Position numbers and translations under genes: made by a program
Assembly: GCA_965240325.2 (NCBI GenBank)
Contig: OZ251226.1
Location: forward strand, 3,100,001 to 3,164,000
Direction of reading: 5' to 3'
Source: Rebecca billardiae RCC1528
Lineage: Eukaryota; Protista; Haptophyta
DNA: 64,000 nucleotides
Shown: positions 56,181 through 64,000 of the stretch, piece after piece
Numbering within the stretch: position 1 is the first letter of the stretch
How the letters are laid out: every line of letters starts with the position of its first letter
Notes under the pieces: generated by a model
Databases searched by the model: none
What the model was told of the DNA's origin: nothing
Seen by the model: only the letters and a program-made list of their open reading frames with translations

Positions 56181-58250
56181 ATGCAGCAACAATACTTCGC
56201 CGTCGTGGTGCCCGCCGGGTACGGCGAGGGCTCCAAGTTCCAGGCGATGTGCGGCGAGCAGCTGGTCGAGGTCGTCGTCCCACCGGGCGTGTCCCCAGGG
56301 CAGCAGATCCAGGTCGCCGTCCAGGCCCCGATCGTCGTGAGCGCCGTGGCGGTGCCGGTGCCGCCGCCCTCCGCCCCGCCGGGGCAGACGGACCGCGTCG
56401 CGCCGTCGCACATGCCGCCGACGCCCATCCAGTCGCTCGAGATCGAGCCAACGCCTGAGGCCGACCCCGACCCACCGCCTCGCGGCGCGCGGTGGGACTC
56501 GACCCGTCAGATGCTGCTGCGCGCCTACCCCATTCCAACCACGCTCTTTTTTCTCGGCTTCACGCTGGTCTTCGCGGGCAAGTTTATTCAGGAGGTCAAC
56601 CGACCGGCCGAGACGGCGACGCTGTGGGAGGCGTCGATCTGCCCGGACTCCGTGAACACCACCGAATGGGTGGGGCACTACGACGGGCCAGGCTTTGTCT
56701 GCCCGTACTCGGGCGCCAAGCCGAACGAGCAGTCGTGGACGATCACGCCCGAGGCGGCAGGGTTGCTCCCGTGGCGGAGCTACCACCTCATCATGTACGT
56801 GAGCACGGGCGCGAAAGTCGACCTCACTTGGTCGCTCGCCGACGGGCGCGGCGCCCAGCTCGTGCCGCGCACGCGCGCGCTCAACGGCGGCCGGCGCCGG
56901 CTGCTCGAGCTGCCGCGCGACGAGGCGGGGGCAGCAGGCGGGGGCACGCAGGCGGCGGCGGCGGCGGCGCAGGGCGCGCTCGGGACGCAGCGCGAGCTGC
57001 TGAAGGGGGGCAGCGGCGGCAGCGGCGGCGGCGGCGGCGGCTCCTCGGGCGGCTCGGGCGGCCGCTCGCCCGGCCGCTCGAGCGGCAGCTACTCCGCCTC
57101 CAGCGCCACGCGCTCGTACCAGTCGAGCGCGCGCACCACCGCGTACGGACGGCGCGGCACGGCCGTGCTCGCGACGGGCGCGTACATGGGGCACACCGCG
57201 CGGCGGCGCTCGGGGAGGTCCACGCGGAATGACGACAGCAGCGGCGGCGAGAGTACCGAGGAGACGTACGCCGAGGAGGACCTCGATCGGTGCGCGCCGC
57301 CTGCCCGCGCGCCGTGCGAGTGCCCCTGCCCCGCGTGGCCGGCGCTGAGCCGAGCGCGCCCCGCTTCCCACGCCCACCCCACCCCCCCCGCCCCGCCCCT
57401 CCGCGTGTGCAGCCTCGACGTGACGACCGCCTCGTTCGAGACGCCGCTGATGGGCTCGGGCCGCTACCCGCTCCGGCTCACCGCGCACAGCCTCGCCGTC
57501 CAGTCGCCCAAGGCGCGCGTGATCACCGACCCGCCGTACGTGTTCCTCGGCTTCTTCACGGACGTGACCGAGCGCCAGCTGGCCCTCTTCGACTGGGCCA
57601 TTGCCGTGTGGGTGTGCGGCGTCGTGCTGATCTGCGCCGTGTGCGCGTTCGCTTTGATGCGGTACGTGAAGGACAAGGCGGCGCTCGCCACCAACACGGG
57701 GACGAAGGCCCTCGTCGCCGCCATCACGGGGGCGGCCACGTGGGCGTGCTTCTTCGCGGGCTGCGTCGCCGCTTCGTCGCCGGTGCCGGTGACGGTGCGC
57801 GCGCGCGCGCGCACACGAGCGCCGCGCCGCTGCCACGCGCGCTGCATCCGACGAGTGACGTGCCCTGCGGTCCGCGCTCGTGCACGCGCGCGCACGCGAC
57901 GTCGCCGCACCCATGCGTTCGCGTAGGAGGGGCTGGGTGTAGCCCTCATCATTCTGACGATTGTCATCTTCTTCGGCACCATCACCAACCAGCTCAAGAT
58001 GTGGCGCGCTGCGATGAAAGCCATGAAGGATCAGCCGGCACGCACCACCTACGTCATCCTCGCCTTTTCCGGCATCGTCGGCCTCACGCTCACGCTGTGC
58101 TTCGCTGTGCTCGTCGACCAGGGCCTGCTGCTGTACTACATCGGGGTGGCGGTGGGCATGCTGATCGTGGAGACGGCATGGTTGATTATCTGGCTTCGGT
58201 ACGCCAAGGCGGAACACGTCAACGACAAGTTCGGCGATCGTCGGCAGTGA
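56181..58250 (+). CDS. Multi-pass membrane protein of unknown function
   Basis: N-terminal VVVP.G..PG....V motif, one TM, a luminal domain, then about 5 C-terminal TMs. Introns 57290-57412 and 57795-57926. Confidence 0.7.
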
Positions 58251-58492
58251 TGAAGTGTGAAGGACGAGGGACAGCCATGGCGGGCGTGAATGCCCACGCG
58301 ATTCAAGGACTCCAAGGTCCGAGTGCCACGGCCGGCCGGCCGGGTCACCGGGGCGTGGCGGAGGCAGCCCGGAGGCAGGCCGGCGCGGTCATCTGTCAAT
58401 ATGTGTCATCATATCATCAGTATCGCTATCTTACGATTGCGCGAGACATGAGTGTCACGACTATATAACTATAGGCACTACTGCCAGACTAT

Positions 58493-62396
<3,904 letters not shown>

Positions 62397-62504
62397 ATAT
62401 AGCTACGTATACATATATCGACTATCGTCACGACTATACGACTCTCGAGCTGCGGCGGTGACTCTCGATCGCGCGCTGGAAATGGCAGAGATGACGGCGT
62501 CGTG

Positions 62505-64000
62505 TCAGGCGAGCACGAGCACCTCGCCGACGCTCCACGTCTTACCCGTCGAGGGCTCGTGCACGAGCACGCGGTGGATGCCCTCGAACTCGGGCACGAA
62601 GCGCAGCCGCAGCCGCGACGCCATCGTGCTGAGCGAGCCGCCACTGCCCGTGGCCGCGCCATCCTCCGCATCGGCGGCGCTCGTGGGCATCACCGGCCCT
62701 CGCGCGATGCTGCCCTCGAGCGCGCTCGACATCGCCTGCACGTACACGGACCAGCCCGGCACGACCGCGGTGGGCAGCCCGCAGTCCGTGCGCGGCTCGA
62801 GCGAGAACTCGCACTCGCGGCCGAGGTGGCCGACGGAGCCCTCGGAGGGCGCGGGGTGCACGACCGAGGCGCGCGCGGCCGCGCGCGCGACGGCGACGGC
62901 GAAGCGGTGGAGGACGAGCGGCCTCGCCTCCGCGTAGCCCGTGCCGGCGGTGAAGCCGACGTGCGCCCAGCCTCCGCTTGCGTTGAGCGCGGCGAGGTGC
63001 TCGGGCAGCAGCTCGGAGTGCAGCGCGGGCTGGGGCTCGTCGTCCACGTGCACGAGCAGCTGCGCGCGCGCGGCGTCGGCGACCACGCGCACGCTGTGCG
63101 TGCGCCCGTCGCCCAGCTTGGCGAGCGCGCGCCCCGCGCGCTGGTAGGTCGGCCTGCCGTCCACGTACAGCCGCACCGTGTCTCCGTCAAAGGTGACGGC
63201 CAGCGAGTGGTTCACGCCCGCCACGCCCGGGCACGCGCGGTTGCCGCACGGCACGCCGAGCATGCCCTCGGCCGAGCGCACGCCCGCGCCGAGCACGAGC
63301 AGCGCGAACGCCGGCGCCTGTGCGCGCGCGGAGGGTCGCGGCGGCGGCGCGCGCTCAGAGCGCGCGTGCGGTGGCGCCGCGCGCGCGCGCAGCCGCCGGC
63401 GCGCGCGCTCACCGGCCGGTGCATGGCGAGCCAACTGCCGTCGGTTGGCAGCTCGGCGGGCTCGACGGGCCGGTCCGGCGTGTCGCCGAGCTTGTGCGGC
63501 CGCCTGTCCAGCCCGTCGCTCTTGAGCACCGCGGCCGCGTCGCCCTCGAGCGCGCACACACTGAACACCGCCTCGAAGCCCTCCCCTACGCGCACGAGCT
63601 GCGCGGCGCGCGCGTGGGCGCAGGCGGCGCGCGCGCGGCGGGGCGTGTGAGGGCGCGGCGCGCGGGGCGGGCGCGCGCGCGTGCGCGGCGCGGCGCGGCG
63701 CGCGCGCACCTCCCGGGCGATGTGCGTCTCGACCGAGTTCGCCGTGCCGCCGTGCAGCACGTGCGAGCCGTCGTCCGGCGTGGGCGGCGCCGTGTCGTCG
63801 TACTGCAGCCGCGCGTACAGCCGCGTGGGCTCGCCGCCAAACGTCGGGATGGCGCGCACCTCGACGAGCGCGCCCGAGGGCGGCCACGGCGAGGCGAGCT
63901 GCCTCGAGAGCAGCAGGTGGTCGAAGAACATCGAGTCGCGGTCGAAGAGCTTCACCGAGATGGCGTGCTCGGCGGAGAGCGTGCCGAACTCGAGCTGCTC
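62505..64000 (-). CDS. L-type (legume) lectin/ConA-fold protein with C-terminal filamin/Ig-like domain; 5' partial
   Basis: GFEAVF, NHSLAVTFD, HSVRV, GWAHVGFTAGTG; C-terminal F..EPRTDCG...LRFVPEFEG.H.V. Introns 63599-63709 and 63318-63412. Confidence 0.7.
   Translation of the reverse strand, partial: AARVRHALRRARHLGEALRPRLDVLRPPAALEAARLAVAALGRARRGARHPDVWRRAHAAVRAAAVRRHGAAHAGRRLARAARRHGELGRDAHRPGGARAPRRAAHARAPAPRAAPSHAPPRARRLRPRARRAARARRGGLRGGVQCVRARGRRGRGAQERRAGQAAAQARRHAGPARRARRAANRRQLARHAPAGERARRRLRARAAPPHARSERAPPPRPSARAQAPAFALLVLGAGVRSAEGMLGVPCGNRACPGVAGVNHSLAVTFDGDTVRLYVDGRPTYQRAGRALAKLGDGRTHSVRVVADAARAQLLVHVDDEPQPALHSELLPEHLAALNASGGWAHVGFTAGTGYAEARPLVLHRFAVAVARAAARASVVHPAPSEGSVGHLGRECEFSLEPRTDCGLPTAVVPGWSVYVQAMSSALEGSIARGPVMPTSAADAEDGAATGSGGSLSTMASRLRLRFVPEFEGIHRVLVHEPSTGKTWSVGEVLVLA

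Overview
Gene-dense, very GC/CpG-rich eukaryotic nuclear DNA with short (about 77-160 nt) GC-rich spliceosomal introns. The style and gene content fit a flagellate alga such as a haptophyte (inference). About 21 protein genes can be read. They include the 3' end of an outer-arm dynein heavy chain, a soluble fumarate reductase (Osm1/Frd1 type) head-to-head with ERO1, a beta-carbonic anhydrase, a CaaX-tailed flavodoxin-fold quinone reductase and a UGA(Sec) iodothyronine-deiodinase-like selenoprotein. Also present are SANBR/KIAA1841, GT2, D2HGDH, ABM, AKR, PPTase, GH5, ARM, F-box and L-lectin genes. There is one atypical tRNA(GUC), a ~7.6 kb frameshifted APE-RT-RNase H non-LTR retrotransposon, and a 3.6 kb tandem dimer of a non-coding split-direct-repeat element (A-X-B-A-Y-B) in a (TA)n tract. 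Three observations stand out. (1) The ERO1/fumarate reductase divergent pair is a candidate oxygen-independent oxidative-folding module. (2) A tandem duplicate at 19877-20217 differs by ~15 short indels and no substitutions, pointing to an insertion-generating process in intergenic DNA. (3) The A-X-B-A-Y-B element resembles non-autonomous PAT/Ngaro-type retroelements. All calls are from manual motif reading; no searches were run.
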